Below, piece after piece: positions 23,494 to 35,659 of a stretch of 64,000 nt of DNA. The notes under the pieces were generated by a model that was not told where the DNA came from, did no database searches, and was given only the letters and a program-made list of their open reading frames with translations. The stretch is from Tubiluchus corallicola (Eukaryota > Animalia > Priapulida): positions 309,658 through 373,657 of the forward strand of contig JAQGDQ010000166.1 of NCBI GenBank assembly GCA_030141605.1, given 5' to 3'. Numbering within the stretch: the stretch's first letter is position 1; each line of letters opens with the position of its first letter. Made by a program: the position numbers and the translations under genes.

Positions 23494-24127
23494 AGGACAA
23501 GAAAAGAGGTACCTGAAGTAGGTTTCAGAAAAATCACCTTATTATAATATATTACTTTACAGCAATTTTATGCATCGTACTCGCGTTAAAAGGAATTTTG
23601 GTTTGTTTTTATTTTAAATCTTCCGCAATACTGTTCCGACGGTGCCATACGCACAACATAATTCGAGGTAAGAAAAGGCAATGTTAAATTATGAGCCCAA
23701 AAACTTTCCGTGCAAATCTGTATTAGTTAGCATTTCGCTTACATGCTCGAAAGACTTATGTAACTAGAAATAATAATTTAAATGTTCGTGCCAATTTGTA
23801 AAATGTCGCAAGGGGAGCCACTCACTAGGCAAAAACTTATTTTAATCTTATTGAAAAGATGCAGTAATTTAAAATTTACTTAGCAACATGTATGCTACGA
23901 ATGCTCTGATTATTTTTTTCAAAATTCACGTAATGTTATTTGAATTTGTTTCAAACGATCTACCATCAAAATGGCTGCGCCTAACGGTCATCGCGGGAGT
24001 TTAAATTTACAAATTTTATACAGCGTTGCTGCCGACGTAAACCCTGCATACAAAAAGGCAGTACAGTACGTAAGAGGTATAAAAGGATTTTTTTCAGTTT
24101 TATGTAAGTGGAGGGTTTTCTTGTGTG
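23494..24127 (+). mobile_element. Family B Kolobok-type element
   Basis: AGGACAAGAAAA...TTTTCTTGTGTG|TTAA; collinear with the other family B copies. Confidence 0.82.
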
Positions 24128-24789
24128 TTAAAGGAGATTTAATAATAATGTTAGTACGGTATGTGCGATTAGAAAGAAATACATTCAATTTGTAAATATA
24201 TAGTTACTAAATGCACTCATTTCAATAAAAACCGGCAAATTTGCATTGATCTAGGTGCATATTCCTAGTAATCAATAGGCTAACAAGGCTATAGCCTAGG
24301 GCGCCAACGTCTGAGGGCGCCATATTTTAGAAAAAATTTTTAATTTCCTCGGAAAATGTGTATACTTTCATATTCATGTACTGGACGCATTTTATAACAC
24401 ATCACAGGCAGTTACTGAGGCTGCTTCCATATAAGTGTCACATAGCGAACAGTTGCAAGATATTACACAACAAGCAGCTGTGCAGCCTACTTGAATATAG
24501 GCGCTATGCAAATACATGTAATTAATAAAGACAACACAGAAACTAGGTTGATAGTGTTTCTAATACACCACAAATAATTGTTTGAATTGCGCATTACATT
24601 AACGACCAAATATTCACAATAAAGATGGGCGGGACGGAAGTATCAGCCTAGAGTGACGTAAAGTCGTGATAGGCCCGTCTATATTACATAACGATAATAT
24701 TATAGTTATAACAACTTGATGATACTGCTATAGTGTACTACCTTACTGAATAGGTCACTAAAGTAGTAGTTATTCACGTGTAAGCTTAC

Positions 24790-24953
24790 TGGTTAACTAC
24801 GTTATACGCTTCGTAATCCTCTTCGTCTTCTTCTTGGTGTTGATGATGATGACACTCGCTATTGTCGTCACCGTGGTGATGATGATGTTGGCCATGTTGA
24901 TCGTCTGTGTGCTCATAACCACAGTCGCACTGAGCGTTGTCCTTCTCGGCCAT
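24790..24953 (-). CDS. TPMT: TPMT-family methyltransferase, coding exon 1, His/Cys-rich (MAEKDNAQCDCGYEHTDDQHGQHHHHHGDDNSECHHHQHQEEDEEDYEAYNVVN)
   Basis: Acceptor tttttgtgatcag 6 nt before the ATG; donor CA|gtaagc in phase 2 matching exon 2. The seven exons sum to 777 nt (258 aa plus stop). Confidence 0.85.
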
Positions 24954-25464
24954 TAGGACCTGATCACAAAAAAACGTCTAGGTGTCCCAGAAATGTGCTT
25001 TTTATAGGTACCACTGAGCTACGTTGTTCAAGCAAGTCAATATATGATTCTATTGCGCTGCACGATACTAACACACGCGTACCTGGTGAGTCAATAAAAT
25101 CAACCTAGTTCCACGAGGGTATTATATGCCCTGACAACATTAGACATGCTTGCTACAGGCAACAGCTCAGTGTAACTACGTGGTGAACGCATAACTGCTG
25201 TCCAAAATGTTTAATGTTTAAGATCGACGGTGGATTATTTTTAGTGAGTGAAACAACTGCAGCCTTGGAAAATCAGTCAGCCATTCGCCTAGCAATAATC
25301 AATAACAAGCAGCAGCGCCTCGCAGTGTAGGAATTGGGAAGCTTTAAGCGAAAGAAAAATTTTGCAACTCTGTTTAACTTTCAGAAACTGGTTTTAGTAA
25401 CCGTTGCAAAGTTTTCAGACAACATTTGGAATGATATAATACTTACATACATATATATGTATAC

Positions 25465-25613
25465 TGCCTGCTTGCTTACTTACTGGTGTACTTAATTTTA
25501 CAAGTGTAGCTTACTTGTGTAAAATTAAATACATCAGTAAGTAAGCAAGCAGGCAGGCAGGCAAGCAAGATAGTTAGCTAGCTAGTAAGTAAGTAAGTAG
25601 GTAAGTTGGTTAT

Positions 25614-25650
<37 letters not shown>

Positions 25651-25710
25651 CATTCAGTCAGTCAGTCAGTCAGTCAGTCAGTAAGTAAGTAAGTTAGCTA
25701 GCTAGCTAGC

Positions 25711-25750
<40 letters not shown>

Positions 25751-25815
25751 CAGTCACTCAGTCAGTCAGTCAGCCAGTCAGTCAGTTAGTTAGTTGCTTA
25801 GTTAGTTAGTTAGTT
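25465..25815. repeat. Hairpin plus compound tetranucleotide repeats (TAAG, TTAG, TCAG, CTAG)
   Basis: Direct inspection. Confidence 0.9.
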
Positions 25816-26109
25816 CGATGCTTTATAATAATAATAATAAAGCTTTATTTTTGCATACATAAACACAAGTACAATTAACAAATCACAAACGTAAATAAAC
25901 AACGCATACAAGAACACGTCCCTACAAATACAGGGTTCCTTTTAAGCGAAGTTGATTAGGAAATGCCATAATTTATAACAAACACATCTACATATATATC
26001 ACAGTGCTGACTGAATACATCAATTCTTAGCAAAAGTAATTCGTACATCTTAATTTAGAATCAAGTAATGTTGAAATTTTATGCACATAGTTAATCAACA
26101 ATTTCATAA

Positions 26110-26728
26110 AGCACAAGAAAACCCTCCAGTTACATAAAGCTTAAAAATTCGTCTTGAAATTTTGTACCACTTACATACTAGCTTTTCGTATGCATGGCTT
26201 GCATCAGAGGTAACGCTGCGTCAAACGTGTGAATTCAAACTCCCGCGATGACCGTTAGGCGCAGCCATTTTAATAGTAAGCGTTTGCAACATGTTTTGAT
26301 AACATTAAGTAAAGTTTGAAAAAAATAATCAGAGCATTTGTAGCATACGTTTTTGGTTAGTGAGTGGCGCACCCTGGAGGGTGGGTCAGCGAGATTTTGC
26401 CAAATGGCACAAACATTTTAAATTATTAGTCTAGTTACTTAAGTCATTCCAGCAGGTAAGCGAAATACTAAGTAATATAGATTTGCACGGAAAGTTTTTT
26501 GGGTCATAATTTAACATTGCCTTTTCTTCCTCTGATTTACGTTGTGAGTATATGACGTCATGTAATGGCGCCGTCGGAACAGTATTGCAAGAAATTTAAA
26601 ATGAAAACAAACAAAAAATCCTTTCAACTCGAGTACGATATACGCATAAAATTGCTGTAAAGTAATATATTATAATTATTTAAGGCAATTTTTCTGAAAC
26701 CTAATTCAAGTACCCCTTTTCTTGTCCT
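26110..26728 (-). mobile_element. Family B Kolobok-type element
   Basis: ATAA|AGCACAAGAAAA...TTTTCTTGTCCT|TTAA; a related empty site is present at 60857-60920. Confidence 0.88.
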
Positions 26729-27089
26729 TTAACTTCCACATCTCCACTTTTGTTATTAATTTAATAGCTTTAGTTTTTAATGCGATTTTAACTTTATATA
26801 ACGCTTTTGTGTGCTGAGATAAACATTAATCTAAACAAATAAATATTTTCCATTTTTTACTGACATGCGCAGTTTGGCAACATATTTGCTAGTATAAATG
26901 ATTCATTCAGACGAATTCATTGCAGAAACTAAAGAATGACAAATTGTCTGACAGCTGACAAGTTAGTTGAAACTAAAAGAGTTTATTCGAGAAAATTTCG
27001 CTCCATTTCTTAACAAATGAATTGGGAAGAGGCGATTTACATTCGAGCCATACATCACTAACGTTCAGAACGGATTCTGAAAAAGTTTG

Positions 27090-27796
27090 GGTTAGGAGAC
27101 GCCGCCGCGGATGCCGCCGCCATCTCTGCGTCGCTGGCTGTCATTAACTGCGCACGATGAAGCCAGCGCTCGTAGACCCCGTGACCCACGCGTGTCGCGT
27201 AGAGTCATTAAATGGGATGCGTTGCTCGAGGAAACCTGTCAGTCCGAGAGGCTCAGTTCATAACATAGAAAATCTATTTTACGCAAGCGAGTTATAATCC
27301 CTGTAATTGTGCTGAGTGGTAAGCTCCAGTAATGAATCTTATTAAAAGCACTCAGCGCACTTTCACGCGGTAGTTTAACTCTTTACGCGCGTGTGTTTAT
27401 GACGTGTGGGTGTTTTTAACGTTGCATTACGCGTTTTGCGCTTGGAGAATTGATTTCAATTTTAGTTATGTGTCGCTGCAGAACAAACGCCGTGATTACA
27501 CGGTGTAATATCTGAAGGGAATTTTGTGTTTGTATGATCGTGGTTATTTAAAAGAGTAGTGTTGCATTACGGCAGGAGGGCTTTCGTCTCCGTGGTGAAA
27601 TCCTCGCGTTTTTGCGAAACTTTTACACGCGTGAGAAAACTCCATTGTGGGATTTGTGAACAATCCAAAAGGTTTAATTAATGCTGCGCAAACTTCGAAT
27701 AAGTAAGATTAATTTCTTCTGACGCTAATTCCATTTTCATTTTTGACTGTATGTTCATTTTGCTGATGTGAAATCAGAGGCTCTTTCATCATCACG
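27090..27796 (+). promoter_or_regulatory. Probable promoter and non-coding first exon of an unidentified plus-strand gene
   Basis: Locally GC/CpG-rich non-repetitive block (GCCGCCGCGGATGCCGCCGCC), Inr-like TCAGTT at 27253, consensus donor CG|GTAAGT at 27797, no long ORF. Confidence 0.45.
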
Positions 27797-27907
27797 GTAA
27801 GTACCGTCATTTATTTAATGAATGTCCGTATTAACTCTTTCATTCTCGCCAGTTGACAATAGGTGTTAGTAATATATAAAATTTTTAATAAATAAACAAA
27901 TAACTAG

Positions 27908-28030
27908 ATGGATGGATGGATGGATGGATGGATGGATGGATGGATGGATGGATGGATGGATGGATGGATGGATGGATGGATGGATGGATGGATGGATGGA
28001 TGGCTGGCTGGCTGGATGGATGGATGGATA
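27908..28030. repeat. (GATG)n microsatellite
   Basis: Direct inspection. Confidence 0.97.
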
Positions 28031-29045
28031 GATAGTAGATAAAATTTATATTCGTCTCATCTATAAAACATTCAAGTACATAAAACCCAGCTTCAGCAAA
28101 TGGGAGATCAATTTTGAGCAATAAGAGACCAAATTTCACATAATTACAATAAAAGAAGAAGTTGACACGCTGCAAGTGTAGGTACTAAAACCAGGAAGTA
28201 AATTAAACATCATAAAAAGTACAGAGTTTCTGAAAACTTAAATGGATAGAACTAACAAACTAATTGGTGTTTCACTTTCATTTTATCCAAGCAATGATTT
28301 TCTTCTTTTTTCCAACATCTCACATTAAACTTTGGCAGTAATTATACATATCTCGGGGTTTCCCATTAAATAAACAAACTTTATATCATGTGGTATGTAG
28401 GCTTATACAGATGCTCTAGAGGCATCTAAAATAACTCATAGTCTAATGTGCCAAGATGCAAATGCAAATGTTTTTTTTTGGAAAAGACAAATATAAAAGC
28501 TAATTAACCAAAAGTTGTAAAATGCAAGAAATGCGACGATGCATTTCAAGTAGAAAGGGAATCGAAATAATATATTAACGAATTCAAAATGTTAAGTACA
28601 AACAATAAAACGTAACTACGTGTTTTACTTTGTCACTAAAGTTTTTTGCGCATGATTTCATTTGTAATAAACTCCGTCAGTACGTGAATCAAACCATTTT
28701 GCTACAAAGTAAATCAGCATTACCTTTGAGAAAAAACTAAAAGGGTACGTTTAATAAAAACAATACCTGCATCACTTGAATAATTTCTTTGAAAAGCAGG
28801 TATGTTGCGTCACCTAAGTTCTAGCGCCATGGCAAAATATCCGTTCCAGAAACAACTAAACTGCAGAACTAAGACAAAGTTTCACTGTTATTTATACCTA
28901 CTTTATAACCCTTGTAAATAATACGATTGTGTAAACGTCATCGTAAAAGCTGGATAAACAAACTATAGTTGAATTTAAAAACGTTGATTTTGCGCACAGA
29001 CGACAATTCAGCTGCTCAGAACTGCGGTCTGTAGTTTCTGATTGT

Positions 29046-29442
29046 TAGGGGTTAGCTACCAGAAAGCGAATTCGAATCGAATCGAATTTTTGACTTTTAC
29101 TCGAATCAAACGGATCTTCAGCAGTTTCGAATCCGAATCGAATTCGATTTCAGTTTTAAAGATTTTCGAATATTTTTTTCGAATCACTAATAAAACGTGG
29201 TCTCACAAAGACCATGCATATTACATGACTTTGTTATACACTAAAAATACCAATAATTTGTTTAAAAAACAAAAATCCCGCATAAATTACGCTGATGTTT
29301 TGCAATGAAGTTACAAATGTTTTAATGGCAAAGAACGTATGTAGTTGAAGTGCTGAATTATTCGGATTTATAATTTTTGGGTCGAATCGATTCGAACTAA
29401 AAAACATTCAAATCGAATTCGAAGATTCGATGCTTACCTGTA
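29046..29442 (-). mobile_element. hAT-type MITE family D
   Basis: Reverse-complement homolog of 8337-8713. Confidence 0.78.
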
Positions 29443-29576
29443 GTTACTGACTGTGTAAAACGATTCGTCCTCTCCAAATTCAAAACGACCAACGCACTTT
29501 TTTGAGAGACTCGAAATTACCCACAAAGCTGGGCTATACTAATAAGTAATTCGAGATAATCGACGTAAAACTTGTA

Positions 29577-30440
29577 CGGGTTGGGTTAGGGTTAGGGCCA
29601 GTGGTGACTCGTGGTTAAAATTTCTGAGGGTGCTGCTTCAGCAAATTTTTAACCTTTGCTTTAATACCATGTAAAAGGAAACAAATATACGCAATTTTAA
29701 TGTTGTAATTTGAAATTGTAGTTTTAAACAAACAAACAAACGTATGAAATCCTAAACAAAAAACCATTTCTGCTCACTAATAGCCTAAATTGTTGCAGTT
29801 CAAGTTTGAATCCATTCACGATAAGCACGTGACAACTGACAACATACTGTGCTAGCGACATTACTTTCTCTACCTGGACTCAGACGTGCGCGTGGCCACA
29901 TGCGCACAACAGCCAATCACCGCACTGCTGTGAACGCACTGTGCTGGGTTGTGAAGCAAACAGTACTACCCTCACGTGCTCTGGTTCCGTACAAGTACAA
30001 GAAAGAACTAAAGAAAAAAGACTTGTTATATTGAATATTATAGATAATAATGAGTGAAAAAAGGGGTTCTGCAATTCCACAGTACCTATTCACGAGCTGT
30101 CACAGATTAGGATTAAGGTTAGGGTTAGTAGTGGGGTTAGTGTTAGCGTTAGGGTTTAGGGTTAGAGTTGGATTAGGGTTAGGGCTACGGCTACGGTAAG
30201 GGTTAGGATATTTTAATTATGTGAGGAATTGTAAACTTCCAGTTTCGTTTAAGACGTGTCACAGTTAAGAATTCTTCCTACAAGAAATTAGTTCGTGAAG
30301 CAGATTAGGGTTAAGGTTAGGGCTTAAGTTATGGACAGGGTGGGGTTGTGTTAGGGTAAGAGTTGGGGTATTTAAATTGTATAGGGAATTGTAAACTCTT
30401 TCGGGTTTTAGACGCGTCACAGTTTGCGAATTCTCATACA
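29577..30440. repeat. Degenerate interstitial (TTAGGG)n tracts interrupted by a family G element (29599-30105)
   Basis: GGGTTAGGGTTAGGG runs at 29577-29597, 30106-30208 and 30304-30360; CAGTGGTGACTC terminus at 29599. Confidence 0.75.
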
Positions 30441-30901
30441 GTCAAAATATGAAAGAAAAACTCCTGGCTATAATCTCAAATTCTCACTCCTTGCTGAGGT
30501 CAATAAAGTTAAAAAATTTCTCTAATACGAAGTAAGCAGATTTTACCCTGCAGACTGGAAAGAACCCCGAGTTTACAGTGTGACGAATTTCTGCAACAAG
30601 GAAGTAGTCTTCGACGCTTGAGGCTTAGCGTACGTGTGATGAAGCCAATTCCCGAATAATACAAGCTCGCCATTATCGTGAACGTGTTTTGACGATTATC
30701 AGAAATTGTAACTGCTGTGTGAGGTTCTTAGCTTTCAAGTACGATCTATGTTTTATTTTTCTAAAGTTATAAAATTACAAGTTAGCAATTACAAATGATA
30801 GCGCAGATGTAGACAGGTTCGCCATGATGTTTGTTTTACTCAGTGAGATCACAAACGAACTAAATCTTTGAATGAGGTATTGGGATACGTATTGAATAGT
30901 A

Positions 30902-31125
30902 CAGTCAACCTCGGATATAAGGTATGTACTCGCTTCTAAGGGACCACCAACACCGGTCCCGATTTTTCGTAACGTTTTTCCTATGTAAAAACCTTCGTAT
31001 ATAAGGTACTCGGATATAAGGGACGATATCTTCAGGTTCCGCGTAATAGAAGCCCAGGTAAATTACCTCGCATATAAGGGACCCTATGATCAAAGCAAAA
31101 TTGGTCGATTTTTAACTTCAAATTT
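30902..31125 (-). mobile_element. Partial Tc1/mariner MITE (same family as 16182-16662)
   Basis: TA|CAGTCAACCTCGGATATAAG; reverse complement of ~16430-16662. Confidence 0.85.
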
Positions 31126-31344
31126 AACCAGAAAGGCGATCTCTGTCAGTAAATGATATATTTCCAAATATTGAACAGACAGATGACGTCGTCGTTTCAC
31201 GCACGTCACGCAATTCCTCACGCACTCACAATGAACAAGCCGTAAGACATACATTAGATATCAATGAAACAAAAAACAGTCTATCAGCAGGGAATCGAGG
31301 TCTCGTTATAAGCTGGTTCGTTGCAAAACTTGTGCTATTATTCA

Positions 31345-31433
31345 TAATAATAATGATGATGATGATGATTGCGCTATTGAAGGTGGTAGCATTGGTGGTG
31401 GCGGTGATGGTGATGATGATAATAATAATGATG

Positions 31434-31465
<32 letters not shown>

Positions 31466-31590
31466 GATGATGATAATGGTGATTGTGCTGGTGGAGGTGG
31501 TAGTGTTGGTGGTGGTGGAGGTGGTGATGATGATAATGATGATGATGATGATGATGATGATAACAACAACAACAACAACAACAACAACCT
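31345..31590. repeat. Compound trinucleotide repeat (GAT/GGT/AAC)
   Basis: Direct inspection. Confidence 0.95.
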
Positions 31591-32159
31591 TAATCACAAA
31601 CTTAATTTATAATTGAATCTAACTACAGTTTTCACTCCCCTGTCAATTTTAAATTATTTAAATTGGAAACTAGAATGATTTACATAATCTTGCTGTCATT
31701 TTGCATTTGCTTAATTGTTTTACTAGGGATTGTTACTTTCAACAAAGCTTTTGAGTGATTAGTTTACTAGGAAGAATTTAATTAAGCGATACGTGACTGT
31801 GATGGTTAACTTAAAGCAAAACCTGACCCAGTGGTAAACTGTAAGTCATAACAATCTACTCTTTAAAGTATCGAAAGGAAACATACCATTTTTTGAAGAA
31901 TGACTAATGTGAAAGAATTATTACCACACAAACACAGTTGCGCGCTCCCACCACTAAGTTCTTCACTGTTACATGCATTTCGCCATTCTCTACTAAAGTG
32001 CCGTTCAATTCAAACGAGTTTTTTTAGTTTGAATCCGATTCGAACTAAAATATGCAGATTCGAATAATTCAGCACTTCGACTACATACGTTATTTATCAT
32101 CAAAACGTTCGAAACAGCAGACAACTGTACAAAATTTTTAAAAAAAAATTTCTTTCCTT

Positions 32160-32432
32160 CTTCAAAGTCTCATTCGATCTACTGTAGGCACAGAGGTATC
32201 AACATTTATCAGAGTATTCCACCCACTTTTATCTGCAGAGTAAGTTCTTCTACTCCTAAAGATAGATTTAGTTGAAGTTGTTGAATATCTTTATTTATCT
32301 TAGCTATCCAAGTTGTTTTTGGTTTGCCAGGTGGTTTTTTTTTGCAAGGTTTTAAGGCTTCCTTTAAGGCGATTCTTACTGCTACTTCACTTGATAATCT
32401 TAGAAGATGTTCTAGCCATCTTAATGCAACAT
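32160..32432 (-). mobile_element. 3' fragment of an RTE-clade LINE ORF, inserted in a family D element
   Basis: Minus-strand translation, with a frameshift: LRWLEHLLRL..VRIALKEALKPCKK/PGKPKTTWIAKINKDI..ADKSGW. This matches the RTE C-terminal LRWxGH...GRP..W..D pattern. Confidence 0.7.
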
Positions 32433-32619
32433 TAAGTTTTATGTTAAAATTTAATTTTTTGCTGGTTAATACATTCTTGCGTTCAAGAAAAGCAAATTAT
32501 TAACGTTTTTACTGTAGAACAAAATCAGGTAATATGCAAGATCTTTGTGAGACCACTTTTTATTAGTGATTCGAAAATTTATTCGAAATTTTTAAAACTG
32601 CATTCGAATTCGATTCAGA

Positions 32620-32952
32620 TTCGAAAATGCTGAAACTCGGTTTGATCCGAGTTCGAAATCGTGTTCTGGTAGAGACTGCTCACCTCTACAGGAAAAAATC
32701 GATTTGATCCGAGTTCGAAAGTCACAAATTCGATTCGACTCGAATTCGTTTTCTATAGAGACTGCTCACCCCTATAGGAAAAAAATTCTGTTTGATCCGA
32801 GTTCGAAAGTTACAAATTCGATTCGACTCGAATTCTCTTTCATGTAGAGGCTACTCACCCCTACAGGAAAAAAATCGGTTTGATTCAAGTTCGAAAGTCA
32901 CAAATTTGATTCGACTCGAATTCTTTTTCTGATAGAGACTGCTCACCCCTAC
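32620..32952. repeat. Tandem amplification (~4 x 60-90 bp) of the family D terminus
   Basis: Repeated TTTGATCCGAGTTCGAAAGTCACAAATTCGATTCGACTCGAATTC...TGCTCACCCCTA. Confidence 0.85.
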
Positions 32953-33549
32953 AGGCCCCTACTGCGCGTCGTCCAGGAATAACTAATCGAACCGAATCAC
33001 ACATTTCAGAACGTTCCTGCACGAGCTGCTGCAGAACAACTGCTTCATTATTATGCATGCATGCAGCTCAAGCGTGGAATTTGTTTGTAATGGCTTAAAA
33101 TTCGCATAAAGCCTAATGGAAAGACATAAAGCGAATGAATAAACCGGTGAGGCACAAACGAATCAGTGCTTTAATATTGCTCGATTATAAATGAGTATTG
33201 CCGCTATGGCTGATTATAAATGGATATTACTGATTATAAGTGATTGTTGCTCGTTGCTTATGATACGATTTCAATTTAGTATCGAAACCCCTGCAGTTTT
33301 TTTCAGAGCAGATTGACAGCGTCATCTGTCGTTAAATTTTGTTGTTAAATGTAGAAATACTAACATTTGTAACCTAATAGATAAATGTTTTGTAAATAAG
33401 AGGAACTATAGAATTTTGTATTTAGAACTATAGAAAAATTGGATTGTTAACTTTGTTATCAATTGTTGTGTGTTGAATGTGTATGTGGTTTACGACACAC
33501 ATCGGTGTTTGATGTCGTTGGTAATGTGCTCGTACGATTTTGTACATAT

Positions 33550-33706
33550 ATTTGCCAACATTGTTCAACATTGTTCAAAAACAAATATTTGTTAACATTG
33601 TTCAACATTGCTCAAAAACAAATATTTGTCAACATTGTTCAAAAACAAATATTTGTCAACATTGTTCAACATTGTTCAAAAACAAATATTTGTCAACATT
33701 GTTCAT
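33550..33706. repeat. Short tandem array of AACATTGTTC / AAAAACAAATATTTGTC units
   Basis: Direct periodicity. Confidence 0.85.
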
Positions 33707-34169
33707 ATTAGTAAAATCGGGACATGTGCTTACGATTTTAATGAAGGCTATCTTTCTGTCAATTTGATATTTATCGCAGTTCATTAAAAATGTTGCCCAT
33801 CTTCAATATCTGATTCTTTGCAATACATACGCACTCGTTCATTGATAGGAAGCTTTTTTGTGTTTGATGCCTTCTTGTTTCAATAGCTAAGGTATGTGAA
33901 CTAATCTGGAATTTTGGCAAAAGCTATTTTAGCCTTTCTTAAGATCAAATGATTTTCAAGCTCAAACTCAACTTTAAATTTGCCTTTTTTCATATGCCTT
34001 TTCTTGTCCTTTAAGTTTGGCTTAAAACATAATTTATTGAAGATGTAACATTGTACTGTGTTGACCATTATACCCCATGTACGGGGTTTTGTCTGTGTAG
34101 TTTTTTCTTCATTGTAATGTATTGCATTGTTTATGTAATGTTTTGTAACTTGTAATTGTATGGATTGTA

Positions 34170-34770
34170 AATCGTGAATAAATAAATATAACTGCTAGGT
34201 TTGAAACACGCAGTTTTACAACTGATATATGTTCTCCCCTAGTGGGAGCGAAACGCTAGACAGATGCAGAACAATGGTGAGCACAACGTATAAGGAATGT
34301 TGCAATAAATATGAACATTACTATGTAACAATGGTAACAAAGTTAATACTATTTAAAGCATTTAGTGTTTAAAAGACTGCACTAAAACAAAAATTTGAGT
34401 GTTCACAGAATTATCTAGGGTATGGTTCCCGTGCAGGAACAAACGTACAAGTTCATTTGTTGCAAGACTGTAAACATTGATGTTAAAAGCTGACAAAAGA
34501 GGGCAGAGATTTGTAAATAAGTCATGTCTGGCCTGGTGGTAAAGAGGGCAGCTAATTAAGTAATGACCAACCATTTCATAAGCAGAACCACATTGACAAT
34601 TCGGTGATACTAGTGACTCGTCGTAATTTTTACATTTTCTGAGGTATAAATCATAATTACATGTAAGTTGACGACGGGATTTATGACTTCCCAATTTGAA
34701 CATTTCTCTGACTCCTTTAAGTTTAAAACTGCATTTTCTCATTATCAGCTTGCACACTCATTCATGACTG
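34170..34770 (-). mobile_element. 3' remnant of a non-LTR retrotransposon ORF2 (CR1/L2-like)
   Basis: SPNCQCGSAYEMVGHYLISCPLYHQAR is the CxC..E...H....C..Y...R C-terminal motif of LINE ORF2. Confidence 0.75.
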
Positions 34771-34788
34771 TTAAAAACATTTAGTAGT

Positions 34789-35137
34789 CAGGACTGGATT
34801 AAGCATGTGGAAGACCTGGGGCCCGCTTGGAAGGGAGGCCCCCTTTCCAACTCTCCCTATTACATACACCACAGACTGATAACCTAAATCCAAATATATT
34901 AGTCCCAATATAAATAAACAAAAGTATTTATTCATATAAATACTGCTAATAATATATATAACATAAATCCCAATATAAATAGAACACTTTTAGTTAGGAA
35001 ATCCTTTATTGTACGAGTCCTTGTATGGCAACGCCTGTTATACAGTATACACATATCATCGTACCTATATTGTGGGAGGCCCCCTCTTGGTGGCGGCCCG
35101 GGGCTTGGGGCCTTTGTCCCTCCTTAATCCGGCCCTA
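34789..35137 (+). mobile_element. hAT-type MITE
   Basis: TIR CAGGACTGGATTAAG / CTTAATCCGGCCCTA; 8-bp TSD TTAGTAGT/TTAGTTGT. Confidence 0.85.
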
Positions 35138-35659
35138 TTAGTTGTATTAGTCCCCTACAGCAAAGTTATGAAGACTTCCCTTTGTAAAACGTATGATTCT
35201 CTACAATTCTACCCACCTTAATATCTTTATCCTCAAGCAGTTATTACGTCTCATAAGGATTTATGGCTTCACAATTTGAACCTTTCTTCGTCGACTCTGC
35301 TATTCACTTTTATAATCAAATCTTGCTGCTCTTACAGCATTTTTCTGTGTTTTCTTTGTCAGGCTGAGGAAGATGTATAGATTCCGCCATTTCTTCTCAT
35401 TAAATACTTTCTAGGTGTCAAAATTTTACGCGGAAATTGCGCACCGTTGAAAACAAAAGCTTCACAGCGGGTTTATTAATGGACTTCTCAGATGCTTTAA
35501 TAAGCGGCAAATTTAACTGCTATCTTGCTTTATGCGCTTAGTGGAATGTTCGTGCGTTATTGATCATAATTCTTGCATATTTATGCACTGGGTTCGTTAC
35601 TGAAAACGTGACCTGAATAAAAACCATTATTATTTGTCTATTATTTGTTTATTTAATTT

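Noticed and set aside
25081-25095. Possible TPMT 5' UTR exon donor (CAG|gtacgc on the minus strand) beside a TGAGTCA AP-1 motif
   Set aside because: Plausible, but these are short motifs with no independent support.
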